From a virus (lineage: Duplodnaviria; Caudoviricetes): a stretch of 33,886 bases of DNA. The notes beneath the pieces were generated by a model. The model was given only the letters and a program-made list of their open reading frames with translations, searched no databases and was not told where the DNA came from. Where the stretch lies: positions 1-33,886 of the IMG/VR virus record IMGVR_UViG_3300043652_000019; one strand, given 5' to 3'. The translations under genes were made by a program, and so were the position numbers. Of the stretch, positions 1-9,174 are shown piece after piece. Within the stretch, counting starts at the first letter, position 1. Each line of letters opens with the position of its first letter.

Positions 1-2003
1 CGTGCATCGGTGCCCGCGGTAGCCGTATGCCCGCCGACGGATTCGGCGGGTACTCCCGCCGCAACCACTTGCGAATCCTCCGCCGGCACACTGTGCGCTC
101 TACCGCCAGCCGCCGGTTCCGCTCGAATCGCAGCCGCCGCAGGTTGCTGCGCTGGCTCTTGCGCCACACCGGCATCAGCTTGCCCGCCTTCGTTCGGTGG
201 TGCGCTTTCGGCGGGCTTCCCGGGTACAGGTTCCGGCTGTGTGGCTTGCGGGCTTCCGGCTTCGGCGGGTGTCGGCTCATCGGCCGCAGGATGCTCCGCG
301 GACGGCGCTGTTTCAACCGGCTTCGCCGCCGCGATGTTCTGATCGAGCGCGGCCAGTGCTTCGTTGTCGGCGGTGGTCTGTGCGGCGGCGTCCGTCGCGG
401 CCACCTGCGGGCGGTTGTCTGGCGTGATGCCTTCCTTGCGCTCGGCCAGAGCCTGCGATCGCAGCTTGCGCAGCATCGTCGGCGGCAAGCCCCACTGCTG
501 CGCGAGGTCGCGCGACGCGGCGGTCACGCCCATGCCAAGGCCCTCGGCGCTGGCCTGTTCGAACATGCGGTGGAACTGGTCCTTCACCTCGACGTCCGTG
601 GGCGTGCGGATCTCGCCGGTGTCGGCGTTGATCCACGGCACGTTCGGCGCCGGTGTTGCCGCTTCCATGCGCTCGCCGCCGGTGGCAACAGGCGGCGCCG
701 GCGCGGCAGCGCGCACGTCTGTGGTGTTGCCGGCCGAGTCGGCCACGAAATCGGCGCCAGGCGGCGTGCCATCTTCGTGCAACGAACCCGGCGGCGCCTC
801 TGTGTGAGGTACGTTCGGTCGCGTCGCGATGCCGCCGAATGCGCCGAAGCCAGCACCCATCGCCGCACCGACGCCCGCAATTGGCGCGCTGTTCTCGGTC
901 AGGCTGCGGTTCTCGCCGGTCGCGGCGTTTGCGCCGGCAATACCTGCTGCGTTCTGGCCGACCGCCACACCGGCCTGCACCGGCGCCTCGATGCCGGCGC
1001 CAACGGCCGCACGACGCGCGACGCTCTTGCCGGCGATACGGCTCAGCACGCCCTGCGCATCGTGCAGCAGTGGTGCAACCCCGACGGCGCCGGCGGCGGT
1101 TGCGACCGGGAGCGTGGTGGCGAATGTGCTGTTCGCCGAGGTCTCGGCCAAATCCGAGCGAGCGTCCTGCGGCGACATGCCCTGTGCAATGCGCTGCTGG
1201 AAACCCGGCAGCTTCGCGATATCGGCCTCGGGAAGCGCGATGATGCGCGCGCGCTCGGCCTCGGCCGATCCCTCTGCGCCCTGCAGGCCGCCGATACCAG
1301 CGCCCGCCGCGAGCGTGCGGCGCGCCGACGACTTCACTGCTGCGTTGGCGGTCTTCGCGATCGCGGCTTCTTCGGCCGTCAGCGCCCCGCCGCCGGCCAG
1401 CTTTTCGGTGATCGCCGGCAACGCCTTCGCGATTTCCGGCGCCAGCTTCAGGCCGCGCGCCTCGAGGCCACCAGCGAGCATCGGCACCGCTTCGCCGGCC
1501 AGGTTCGCCGCACCGAGCGCCAGCGACATGGGGCTGCGCGCGCCCTCGCCGAGCGCGAGGCTGCCGGGGTCTGTGATATCGCCGGTGACGATCGGGCGCT
1601 CCTTCGCCGCCTTTGCCGCGTCGCTCTCGGTGCCGGCCAGCTTTTCGCCGAGACCGGCAATACCACCGCCGATGGGCGCGAACGCATTCGTCGGCTGTGG
1701 CAGTACGTCGCTGCCCGCCGCGGCGTTCACGCCAGCCACGATCGGCCGCGCGATCATGCGGCCGACGTCACCGATGCCGCTCACCGCGCTACCGACGCCA
1801 TGCAGCGCGCCGGCGACCACCTCCTTGGGCAAGTCGGTCAGGTTGTAGCCGGCCGGCTTCGCTGCCGCAGGCGCTCCCACAACGGGCCGCTGATCCAGGC
1901 TGAAGCCTGCCGGCAGCGCTGACAGCCCCTGGCCGGATGTGCCAGTGGTCGGTACTGGGCGGTCGAGAGTGAACCCGTCTGGAAGATCGTGATCGAGGCT
2001 CAC
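1..2003 (-). CDS. Large internal virion/ejection protein, N-terminal part (runs off the left edge; absent from the ORF track)
   Basis: GTG at 2003 overlaps the TGA of the upstream gene (GTGA). My translation begins MSLDHDLPDGFTLDRP...LPAGFSLDQ, continues through Ala/Gly-rich hydrophobic segments and a Pro/Ala/Glu low-complexity region, and has no stop before the edge. Last position in the virion operon is typical of podovirus ejection proteins. Confidence 0.75.
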   Translation of the reverse strand, partial: MSLDHDLPDGFTLDRPVPTTGTSGQGLSALPAGFSLDQRPVVGAPAAAKPAGYNLTDLPKEVVAGALHGVGSAVSGIGDVGRMIARPIVAGVNAAAGSDVLPQPTNAFAPIGGGIAGLGEKLAGTESDAAKAAKERPIVTGDITDPGSLALGEGARSPMSLALGAANLAGEAVPMLAGGLEARGLKLAPEIAKALPAITEKLAGGGALTAEEAAIAKTANAAVKSSARRTLAAGAGIGGLQGAEGSAEAERARIIALPEADIAKLPGFQQRIAQGMSPQDARSDLAETSANSTFATTLPVATAAGAVGVAPLLHDAQGVLSRIAGKSVARRAAVGAGIEAPVQAGVAVGQNAAGIAGANAATGENRSLTENSAPIAGVGAAMGAGFGAFGGIATRPNVPHTEAPPGSLHEDGTPPGADFVADSAGNTTDVRAAAPAPPVATGGERMEAATPAPNVPWINADTGEIRTPTDVEVKDQFHRMFEQASAEGLGMGVTAASRDLAQQWGLPPTMLRKLRSQALAERKEGITPDNRPQVAATDAAAQTTADNEALAALDQNIAAAKPVETAPSAEHPAADEPTPAEAGSPQATQPEPVPGKPAESAPPNEGGQADAGVAQEPAQQPAAAAIRAEPAAGGRAHSVPAEDSQVVAAGVPAESVGGHTATAGTDA

Positions 2004-3235
2004 AGAGGTTTCCACTCCCCGTTGATGTTCACGATCTTCTGTCCGTTCGGGCCGGTTGCGGTCGGCAAGCCATGGGTCTGCACGGCCAGCAAGCGCGCCT
2101 GCGCCAGCTGTTCAGGCGTTGCGGCCTGGCCCGGCTGCACGATGTTGGTGAGGTAGGTTCTGGTCGTCTTCGCCAGCAGGTCCTGGATTTCGGCGCTGCG
2201 CTTCGCGGCACTGTCGTCCTTGGTCTGGATCGGTTTCACCGGCTTTCCGTCGGCGCCGGTGGCGGGCCGCACGACCCCGTCATGACCCAACAGCCCCAGC
2301 GTGCCGTCGGCGAGCGGTACCTGCGCTGGCGTCGGCCGGTTGCGCAGAAGATCTCCGGCGATCGACGCCTGCGCGTTGATGCCCGCTCGCGTGGTCGCGC
2401 CAGCCTCCTGCACACCAGCGATGCCGAGGTCGGCCTGCGGCTTGATGCCGGCCGCGGCAGCGCCGCCGAGATTGCCTAGCGCAGCTTCGTACGCGATTTT
2501 TCGCGAGGCCGGCGTGCCGAAGCTCGAGTTCGCGTCGATCGCAGCGGCACGCGCGGCGGTACCCGACACAGAGCGCGTATCGCGTGAGGCGATGCTGGCC
2601 GCATCTGAAGCGGCCGTGCGCTGCGCTTCGATGTTCCCGGCGCGCGCCGACGCGTCCGGGTCTACCACGATCGGGCGTGCGGCGATGCCGACGCCGCCAC
2701 TGAAGGCGCCCAGTTCCGGCGTGCCGCCGGCCGCCTCGGAACCGATCCCGCCGCCGATGCCACCGTCCGAGCGACTACCGCCGGCGGCGCGCGCGTTGAT
2801 CGCTGCGATGTCGTTGTTGCCGAAGCTGCGCTGGCCGGCGGAATCGGTCGCGCCATAGCCGAGCGTGCGGCCGGCATTCGAGGTGGCTGGGCGCACGGCG
2901 GTGCCAGCGGCGCCGGCCGCCGTATTGCCGAACGCTGGCGCGGTCGCCGTCGCGGCCACCGGCACGGCCGGATCGCGCACGGCAGTCGGTGGCGCGGCGA
3001 TGCCAGCTGGCGCCGCTGCCGCCGCGGGGCTCGGCAGGTTCAGACCTGCCGTCGCGGCGGCGCGCGCATTTGCGTTGAACGCATCCACGGCAGGCCCGGC
3101 GGCGCCGCCCTGCACTTGATCGCTCAGCGGTCGATTGTACGCGAGGCCGCGAAAGGCGTTCGCGTCCTCACCCAGCGCTCCCATGATGGGAGGGCTCGGC
3201 CGCTTCTTGGTCGGATCGGTGATCGAAAGGGCCAT
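2000..3235 (-). CDS. Putative internal virion (ejection) protein, Ala/Gly-rich, 411 aa
   Basis: Start MALSITDPTKK at 3235 behind a GAGGAA RBS; the ORF track's upstream extension is spurious. Low-complexity protein ending KIVNINGEWKPL. Confidence 0.65.
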   Translation of the reverse strand: MALSITDPTKKRPSPPIMGALGEDANAFRGLAYNRPLSDQVQGGAAGPAVDAFNANARAAATAGLNLPSPAAAAAPAGIAAPPTAVRDPAVPVAATATAPAFGNTAAGAAGTAVRPATSNAGRTLGYGATDSAGQRSFGNNDIAAINARAAGGSRSDGGIGGGIGSEAAGGTPELGAFSGGVGIAARPIVVDPDASARAGNIEAQRTAASDAASIASRDTRSVSGTAARAAAIDANSSFGTPASRKIAYEAALGNLGGAAAAGIKPQADLGIAGVQEAGATTRAGINAQASIAGDLLRNRPTPAQVPLADGTLGLLGHDGVVRPATGADGKPVKPIQTKDDSAAKRSAEIQDLLAKTTRTYLTNIVQPGQAATPEQLAQARLLAVQTHGLPTATGPNGQKIVNINGEWKPL

Positions 3236-3246
3236 GGGGTGTTCCT

Positions 3247-5124
3247 CTATTCGGCGATGCGGTAATCGAACGACGTGCTGCAGGAACTGCTCTGGCCGAG
3301 GCTGCTGCTGATGCCGGCGTGCACGCTCATCGAACTGGCCAGGCCGGCGGCCAGCGTCGCGCCGATGCTGCCGATCGCCTGCTTGGCGCCCATCAACAGT
3401 TCGGCCTGCTTCAACGCCTGGGTGATGCGCAGTTCTGCGTTCTTGAGTTCGGTGTCGACGCGACGGCCTTCCTGCTCGACGTACAGCTGGAACGGCCGCG
3501 CGTTGCCCTCGCTGATGATCTGCTCGACCGCGGCTTTCGCCCTGTACTGGTCGGTGTCGGCGCTGTACTTGCGCACCAGCGCGTCGAACCGCTGCGACTC
3601 CGCGCTTACGGCGGAGTTGATGCGCTCGAGCATCGCCTTGTAGGCGTCGAGGTCGAGTTCCTTGTCGCTGATGCGCAGGCGGTGCTGCTCGATCAGGTTC
3701 GTGTTCGTGTCGCCCCAGATTTTCACGCGGTTGCCGAACACCTGAACGCCCAGTTCGTAGCGGCGGTAGCGGGTCAGGTCGGCCTCCAATTGCTTGGAAA
3801 ACGCGTCCCACTCGGTTTCGTACGCGTGCACGCGGGTGTCATACGCCTTCACCTGCTCGCCAAACGCCTGCACGCGCGCGATGTTCACCTGCGCCTTGGC
3901 CTGCGCGCCGTCCACCTCGGCCTTGTAGATGTCGGCCTGCGCGAGCAGTGCCTTCACGCGTTCGCTGAACACGGCCACGTCCTGCGCGTTCAGTTCGCCG
4001 ATCAGCTTCTTGCCTTCGAGCTCGGCGCGGTACACCTCGACCTTTGCCAGTTCGCCCTGGATCAGGTCGCGGTACACCTGCGCGTCGGTCTGGAACGCCT
4101 GCAGTTCGAGGTTCGCGATCGCGATCTGCGCGTTCGCGATGTCGATGGCCACCTGGATGCTCGTCTTCGCCGCGTCCAGCATCAGCTGCTGCACGCCGAG
4201 GAAGTTCTGCATCAGCTGGCCCTCGAGCGCCGCGCCCTGCGCGACGCCGAAGCGCAGATCCTCGATCGCGACGTCGACGTCCTTGAGGTAGATGTCGCGC
4301 GCCAGCTTGTTGCGCTCGTTCTGGTTGTTCTGGCGCGCCTCGGCCAGCGCCCGGTTCAGCACGCCGTCTGGCTGTGACCAGCCGCGCGAGCCGAACACCT
4401 CGATCGCCTCCTGTTCTGCGCGCAGGCCCTGCACGTCCAGCGCGCTGTACGCGCGGTCGCGCATCTGCTGCGCCGCCGCGGCGGGCAGGCCCGGCGCGCC
4501 GTCGATCATCACGCTGACCTTCGCCTTGATCTTGTCGACCAGCGCGCTCGAATACGGCTCGGCCTCGAAGCCGAACGTGTTCTCCGGCACCGCGATCGCG
4601 AAGTTCGGCCGCACGCCGGCGAACGTCGGCAGCACCACGCTCGGCGGATCCGGCAGCACGATGGCGCGCAGTTCCGGGAAGTCGGGAATGACCAGGTCCG
4701 GCGGCTCCGGCACCACGATGGTGTCGAGCGTCGGCGGCGGGTCCGGCGGCGTGGCAGTCAGCGGGCCCGGGCCGGTGCGGTCCGGCACCACCGGCGCGGT
4801 TTCGTTGAACGTGGGCGCGCCCTGAAAGCTCGGGTCGCCGCCGATATCGACCGCCGGCGGGGCCGGGACCAGGCTCAGATCCGGGCTGAACACCAGATCC
4901 GGGGCTTCCGGCGCCACGGGCCGCTCGACGTGCCACCACTCCGTGTCAGGATCGAAGTGCGCGGCCACGACGATCGGGCTCAGGCTGAAGCTGCCGAGCT
5001 CGTCCAATGCGTTGATCGACACCGCGAACGCCGTCTGCGAGTTTCCCCACATGTTCGCCATGACGGTCGTGACCTGCCCGTACACGCCGTCGTTGCCGAT
5101 GATCGGGCAGCCTGTGTCACTCAT
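3247..5124 (-). CDS. Virion structural protein, Pro-rich N-half and long predicted coiled coil (tail or ejection associated), 625 aa
   Basis: Coding-like ORF with a Pro-rich segment followed by a long A/Q/E/K-rich helical region; overlaps the upstream gene. Confidence 0.7.
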   Translation of the reverse strand: MSDTGCPIIGNDGVYGQVTTVMANMWGNSQTAFAVSINALDELGSFSLSPIVVAAHFDPDTEWWHVERPVAPEAPDLVFSPDLSLVPAPPAVDIGGDPSFQGAPTFNETAPVVPDRTGPGPLTATPPDPPPTLDTIVVPEPPDLVIPDFPELRAIVLPDPPSVVLPTFAGVRPNFAIAVPENTFGFEAEPYSSALVDKIKAKVSVMIDGAPGLPAAAAQQMRDRAYSALDVQGLRAEQEAIEVFGSRGWSQPDGVLNRALAEARQNNQNERNKLARDIYLKDVDVAIEDLRFGVAQGAALEGQLMQNFLGVQQLMLDAAKTSIQVAIDIANAQIAIANLELQAFQTDAQVYRDLIQGELAKVEVYRAELEGKKLIGELNAQDVAVFSERVKALLAQADIYKAEVDGAQAKAQVNIARVQAFGEQVKAYDTRVHAYETEWDAFSKQLEADLTRYRRYELGVQVFGNRVKIWGDTNTNLIEQHRLRISDKELDLDAYKAMLERINSAVSAESQRFDALVRKYSADTDQYRAKAAVEQIISEGNARPFQLYVEQEGRRVDTELKNAELRITQALKQAELLMGAKQAIGSIGATLAAGLASSMSVHAGISSSLGQSSSCSTSFDYRIAE

Positions 5125-6697
5125 CGCGTCCCCTTACTCTGCGGTCCAGGATCATCGGAAGCATCTGGATGTTGTCGAACTCGAAATCGGCGCCGTCGAC
5201 GTTCTCGACTTCCATGTCCCAGTACACGCTCTCGAGCCCGCGGCCGATCTGCGTGCGCGCCTCGCGCGTGCCGGCGGCGCCGCGCGCCGTCAGGCGGTAC
5301 CAGTGCTCGAACTTCTCGCCGGTCTCGTCGGTCACGATCATCTTGATGATGACGTCGCCGTTCGTGCGCACGCCCCAGTAGATGGCCGGGATGCGCTTCT
5401 CCTTGGCAATGCCGAGCGTCGACAGGCCCAGGCGGAACCGCGCCTTGATGTCAGTGCCGGCGTCGGTCTCGCCGCCGAGCGTGTAGATGCCGTCCGCGGC
5501 CGCGCCGTAGCAGCGCCCGTCGAACTCGCAGAACGAGTTGAACGGGTAGTTCGCGTATTCCCACGCCGCGCGCGTCTCGGTGTTGACCACCCACGCGACG
5601 TACGTCTCGTCGCCGATGGTCAGCGTGACGTTGAAGCCGACGGTTTCCTGCAACCGGCTCAGCGCCTCGAGCGTGGTCGCCGGCGTGTCGCCGATCGCGA
5701 TCGTCTCGTCGATCACGGCGAGGATCCGCGCCGAGCCGCTCGGCACCGCGACCATCAGGATCTGGTCCAGCAGGCGCGAGCGCGCGGCCATGGCGGTCGT
5801 GAACACCTCGGCGAACGCCACCGTGTCGCCGATCTGTTCCTTCGCCACCACGGCCATGGCGTCATTCAGCGCCAGCGTCTGCGCGACGAGGTTGCGCACC
5901 TCGATCGTGCTGCCGGGCCCGGCGACCAGTTGCAGGCTGTCGAGCACGCGCTCGATCGCGACCAGCGACGGCGCCGGCACGCCGCCGACCTTGACCGCGT
6001 CCTGCAGCAGCAGCTTCCAGATCACGCCCAGCTGGTCGACGAACTCGACCGCCTCGCGCAGCAGGCTCACGGCGTGCAACGTCGTCAGTGGCGTGGCCGA
6101 CAGCGCCAGGCGCTCGACCAGCGTGTTTATCATCTGTTCCAGCGGCACGGCGGTCAGCGCGACCGTGTCCTGCAGCAGCGCGCGCTGGAAGCCCACCGTC
6201 ATCGTCAGCCAGCCTTGTCCCTCGAACAACAGGAACATGACGTCAGGCGCCGGCGGCGGCACGTCGCTGAAGAACTGCGAAAACGGCTGCGCCTGGCTCA
6301 CCAGCAGGTTCGTCGCGTCGCTCAGCAGGCAGGTCAGCGCCGGCGTGCTCGAGTGCAGGTCCGTGTAGTCCTCGGAGTACGTCGTGAACGCGCTGCCGAA
6401 GTACAGCGAACTCAGCAGGACGCCAATGTCGGGCAGGATCTCGAGCCCGCGCATGTACGTCGTGAACGGCCCCATCGCGCTGCGCAGCGTGTTGGGCTGG
6501 TCGCTGAAGAAGCTGTCGAGCGCCGGCGCCGTGCTGTCCAGGCGCTGGAACTGCCCGAACACGCCATCGAGCGGCAACAGGGCGCTGACCAGCGGGTTGA
6601 CCGCGTCGGTCAGCAGGCACGCCAGCGGCGGCATCGCGCTGCGCAGTTCCGCCGTCGCGGTCGCGCCGCTCAGCGCCTCGAAGATGATCTCGCTCAC
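5117..6697 (-). CDS. Putative tail protein with internal 17-20 aa repeats, 526 aa
   Basis: GTG at 6697 overlaps the upstream TGA; starts MSEIIFEALSG. Repetitive shaft followed by a C-terminal domain (NTETRAAWEYANYPFNS...YGAAADGIYTLGG...GRGLESVYW). Confidence 0.7.
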   Translation of the reverse strand: MSEIIFEALSGATATAELRSAMPPLACLLTDAVNPLVSALLPLDGVFGQFQRLDSTAPALDSFFSDQPNTLRSAMGPFTTYMRGLEILPDIGVLLSSLYFGSAFTTYSEDYTDLHSSTPALTCLLSDATNLLVSQAQPFSQFFSDVPPPAPDVMFLLFEGQGWLTMTVGFQRALLQDTVALTAVPLEQMINTLVERLALSATPLTTLHAVSLLREAVEFVDQLGVIWKLLLQDAVKVGGVPAPSLVAIERVLDSLQLVAGPGSTIEVRNLVAQTLALNDAMAVVAKEQIGDTVAFAEVFTTAMAARSRLLDQILMVAVPSGSARILAVIDETIAIGDTPATTLEALSRLQETVGFNVTLTIGDETYVAWVVNTETRAAWEYANYPFNSFCEFDGRCYGAAADGIYTLGGETDAGTDIKARFRLGLSTLGIAKEKRIPAIYWGVRTNGDVIIKMIVTDETGEKFEHWYRLTARGAAGTREARTQIGRGLESVYWDMEVENVDGADFEFDNIQMLPMILDRRVRGRDE

Positions 6698-7362
6698 GGG
6701 TACCCCGCCAGCGGACCGAACAGGTTGTTGGTGCCCATCGGGCAGCTGGGGTGGTTCGCCGGGCACCCGGCCCAGCTCATGGTCGGGTCGGTCGCCATGA
6801 CGTTGAGGTAATACGTGCCGCCTGGAACCAGATGGCACTGCGCGCCGCCCGCGTCCGTGCGCCACATAGGGAACGGCAGCGGGCCGGTCGCGAAGTCGGA
6901 AGCCGCAAAGCACGCCGCCTCGGGCGGGCTGAAATCGCCGCACCTCACGCTGTACGCCGCGGTCATGTCGATGCCATAGCTGTACGTGGTGCGCGCGACC
7001 ATCCCGATCATCGGGTCCGCGTCCTGCGGCACGGTGAACCGCAGCGAAAGGTAGCTGTAACGTGGGAGCGTTATGATCGGCGTCGACGGCTGCCGTCCGG
7101 GCCAGGGCGCCTCTGCGTCGCTCGCGGTGTTGTGGCCCCACACCTGCGTGTAGAGCGTGAGGTCGCGGCCATGCGAACCGCCCTGCGCCGTGTACGTGAC
7201 GGTGCCGTGCATCAGGCGGGTCAGGCCCGGCGGCGCGATGCACGCGTCGTTGCCGTCAAAGCCATCGGCGTCGATGCGGTCGGGCGCCGCCGCAAACGCC
7301 AGCCGAGCGCCGCCGAGCGCGCACAGCAGAACCGTGCGCGCGACCGTGCCGATGCGATTCAT
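6694..7362 (-). CDS. Signal-peptide-bearing, Cys-containing protein of unknown function, 222 aa
   Basis: ATGA overlap at 7359-7362. MNRIGTVARTVLLCALGGARLAFA reads as a Sec signal (A-F-A cleavage site), followed by DRIDADGFD. Paralogous to 31917..32588. Confidence 0.75.
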   Translation of the reverse strand: MNRIGTVARTVLLCALGGARLAFAAAPDRIDADGFDGNDACIAPPGLTRLMHGTVTYTAQGGSHGRDLTLYTQVWGHNTASDAEAPWPGRQPSTPIITLPRYSYLSLRFTVPQDADPMIGMVARTTYSYGIDMTAAYSVRCGDFSPPEAACFAASDFATGPLPFPMWRTDAGGAQCHLVPGGTYYLNVMATDPTMSWAGCPANHPSCPMGTNNLFGPLAGYP

Positions 7363-7850
7363 TCGATGGTGTCTCCGCTGGCGAACAGGCACGAGCCGAC
7401 CAGCAGTGGGCCGAAACTCGGCAACGCGGACCGGTAGTGCTCGGTCGTTCCGATCCGGTACGTCACCACGCCGCCGACACGGCGGATCTCCATCTGCGAG
7501 GCCGACGTGATCGAGATCGCGTCCTCTCCGATCAGCACGCCGCGCTCCATCGGCTGCGCAAACAGCTCACCGGCCAGGCTGGTCGTGTACCAGGCGTAGG
7601 TGAGGTTGCTCGGGTCGGTCTGCTCGTCGCGCGGCGGCGCGCGCAGGCCCACCACGATGCCGGCGCTGACCGGCACGTCCCACACCACGTGGCAGTCGCC
7701 GCCGTGACGAGCGATGCTCTCGGCGCCGGCGTTCCAGCCAATGACCGGCGTTTCCACGATATGTGGCGGGATGGCGGGGATCGCCGGCTGCCCGGTGCAG
7801 TCGATGCACGTGGTGTCGCCGACGATGGTGATCGTGCAGGTGTTCGGCAT
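7359..7850 (-). CDS. Putative tail-associated beta-rich protein, 163 aa
   Basis: Cys/Pro N-terminus (CIDCTGQPAIPAIPP) then GWNAGAES...GIVVGL beta-strand pattern; tightly packed in the operon. Confidence 0.65.
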   Translation of the reverse strand: MPNTCTITIVGDTTCIDCTGQPAIPAIPPHIVETPVIGWNAGAESIARHGGDCHVVWDVPVSAGIVVGLRAPPRDEQTDPSNLTYAWYTTSLAGELFAQPMERGVLIGEDAISITSASQMEIRRVGGVVTYRIGTTEHYRSALPSFGPLLVGSCLFASGDTIE

Positions 7851-7853
7851 GGG

Positions 7854-8702
7854 TCAGCTGTCGCCCGGCGGGTCGGTTGGCGGTGCGCCGCGGCACGGCG
7901 CATTGGTCGGCACCCAAACACCGTGGTCTCCGCCTGAAGAACCCACGCCGCCGGGCGGGATGTACTGCCACTCGCACACCGGCACGACGTCCTGCGGCGG
8001 GCCGCTATCGCCGCCCCCGCCGCCGCCGCCACCCACGATCGGCGGCGGGTCGCCGACCGGCGGCCCCGGCGGATCAACGGTGCAGTTGTGGTACGGCGGA
8101 ATGAACGGTTGCCCCTCGCTGCCGGGGTCGAACGTGCGATCCACGTCCTTGACCAGGCCCGCAACCTCGTGGCACTCCACGTTCGACTGCCAGAACACAT
8201 CCGGCGCGAGCGTGATGTCGACCTCGAGCAGCAGCGTGGCCCCGTCGATGGAACTGCTGTTTGACGCGTCGCAAATGAGTCCAGCAGCCAGCGTCCCGCC
8301 AATGAACACTGCATCGACCACCAATGTCGGCCCAGCAGCGGGGTCAACCGCGAAACCGAGGTCGCGCACTTCCGCCGTGCCCTTGGCGCCGACGTCGATG
8401 TTGATGTCCGAATTGCCGTTGTACCCGCACCCGCTCAGGTCGAACGTCGCGCGCATGGCGATGGCCGGGTACTCCGGTGTCGCGGCAAGGACACCGCCCG
8501 TGTCGAAGATCGCCAGCGCGGCGCCGTTGCCAGTTATGGGGTCGTAACCCGCCGGGATGACCAGCAGACCGCCCGAAATCGTCGCTGGCGGAGACGGCGC
8601 AGAACCCGAACTGGCGGCGTAGGGGATGATGCCGCCGAAGGACTGGTTGTAATAGATCGCGTACGTGATCCCCGGCACATCGAGCACGTTGACCCACGCC
8701 AC
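7854..8702 (-). CDS. Putative tail/receptor-binding protein with Pro/Gly/Cys-rich C-terminus, 282 aa
   Basis: GTG start after a GGGAG RBS; beta-rich N-terminal region; poly-Gly and Pro-rich tail. Confidence 0.6.
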   Translation of the reverse strand: MAWVNVLDVPGITYAIYYNQSFGGIIPYAASSGSAPSPPATISGGLLVIPAGYDPITGNGAALAIFDTGGVLAATPEYPAIAMRATFDLSGCGYNGNSDINIDVGAKGTAEVRDLGFAVDPAAGPTLVVDAVFIGGTLAAGLICDASNSSSIDGATLLLEVDITLAPDVFWQSNVECHEVAGLVKDVDRTFDPGSEGQPFIPPYHNCTVDPPGPPVGDPPPIVGGGGGGGGDSGPPQDVVPVCEWQYIPPGGVGSSGGDHGVWVPTNAPCRGAPPTDPPGDS

Positions 8703-8714
8703 GGCGCTGCTCCC

Positions 8715-9158
8715 TTACGCCGGAATGCGCAGTTCGGCGATGTCGAGGCCCTTGCGGTTCGCATCGTTGTCGACGAACACCGGATCGGTGAACGGGCAGT
8801 CCGTGCCGGCGCCGCCGGCGGTGCACTGCCAGCGCCGCTCGGTCGTGACCGCGCCGCTGCCATCGTCGGTGCTGATGCAGATGCGCAGGAACGTCGGCGT
8901 TCCGCTGTGCGTGATCTCGCCGTCCCACGTTTCCGCGGCGGTCTTCGGCAGCGCGCCGTTCACGGCCGTGCCCCAGGTGCCGCCGGTGCCGCCGGAGGAC
9001 ATCGTGCACAGCAAGTTGCTGCCGACGTCGATCGCGTCGTCAGCACTGACCGGCACAGGACCGTCGTAGAAATACAGGAAGCACAGGTTCAGCGCGTCGC
9101 TGAGACTGCCGGTGTCGGCCAGGTAATTGCGCAGCGGGGTGGAAAGCGATGCAGCCAT
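8715..9158 (-). CDS. Virion structural protein, paralogue of 9175..9627, 147 aa
   Basis: SLSTPLRNYL...YFYDGPVPVSADDA...NLLC pattern shared with its neighbour; GAGG RBS. Confidence 0.7.
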   Translation of the reverse strand: MAASLSTPLRNYLADTGSLSDALNLCFLYFYDGPVPVSADDAIDVGSNLLCTMSSGGTGGTWGTAVNGALPKTAAETWDGEITHSGTPTFLRICISTDDGSGAVTTERRWQCTAGGAGTDCPFTDPVFVDNDANRKGLDIAELRIPA

Positions 9159-9174
9159 GGGTGAAATCCTCGGA

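Noticed and set aside
27-1922. Long plus-strand ORFs, such as 27..1922, 4943..6811, 10356..12323, 12604..14220 and 22607..24688
   Set aside because: Antisense shadows of GC-rich minus-strand genes; Arg/Ala-rich translations without motifs.
3236-3811. N-terminal extensions in the ORF track (also 6698-7243, 12066-12299, 27064-27255 and 32589-33437)
   Set aside because: They overlap real upstream genes in another frame; downstream starts have an RBS or stop/start overlap.
3247-5124. Tape measure protein call for the coiled-coil gene
   Set aside because: No tail tube or chaperone frameshift pair was recognised, and the head and adaptor genes are podovirus-like.
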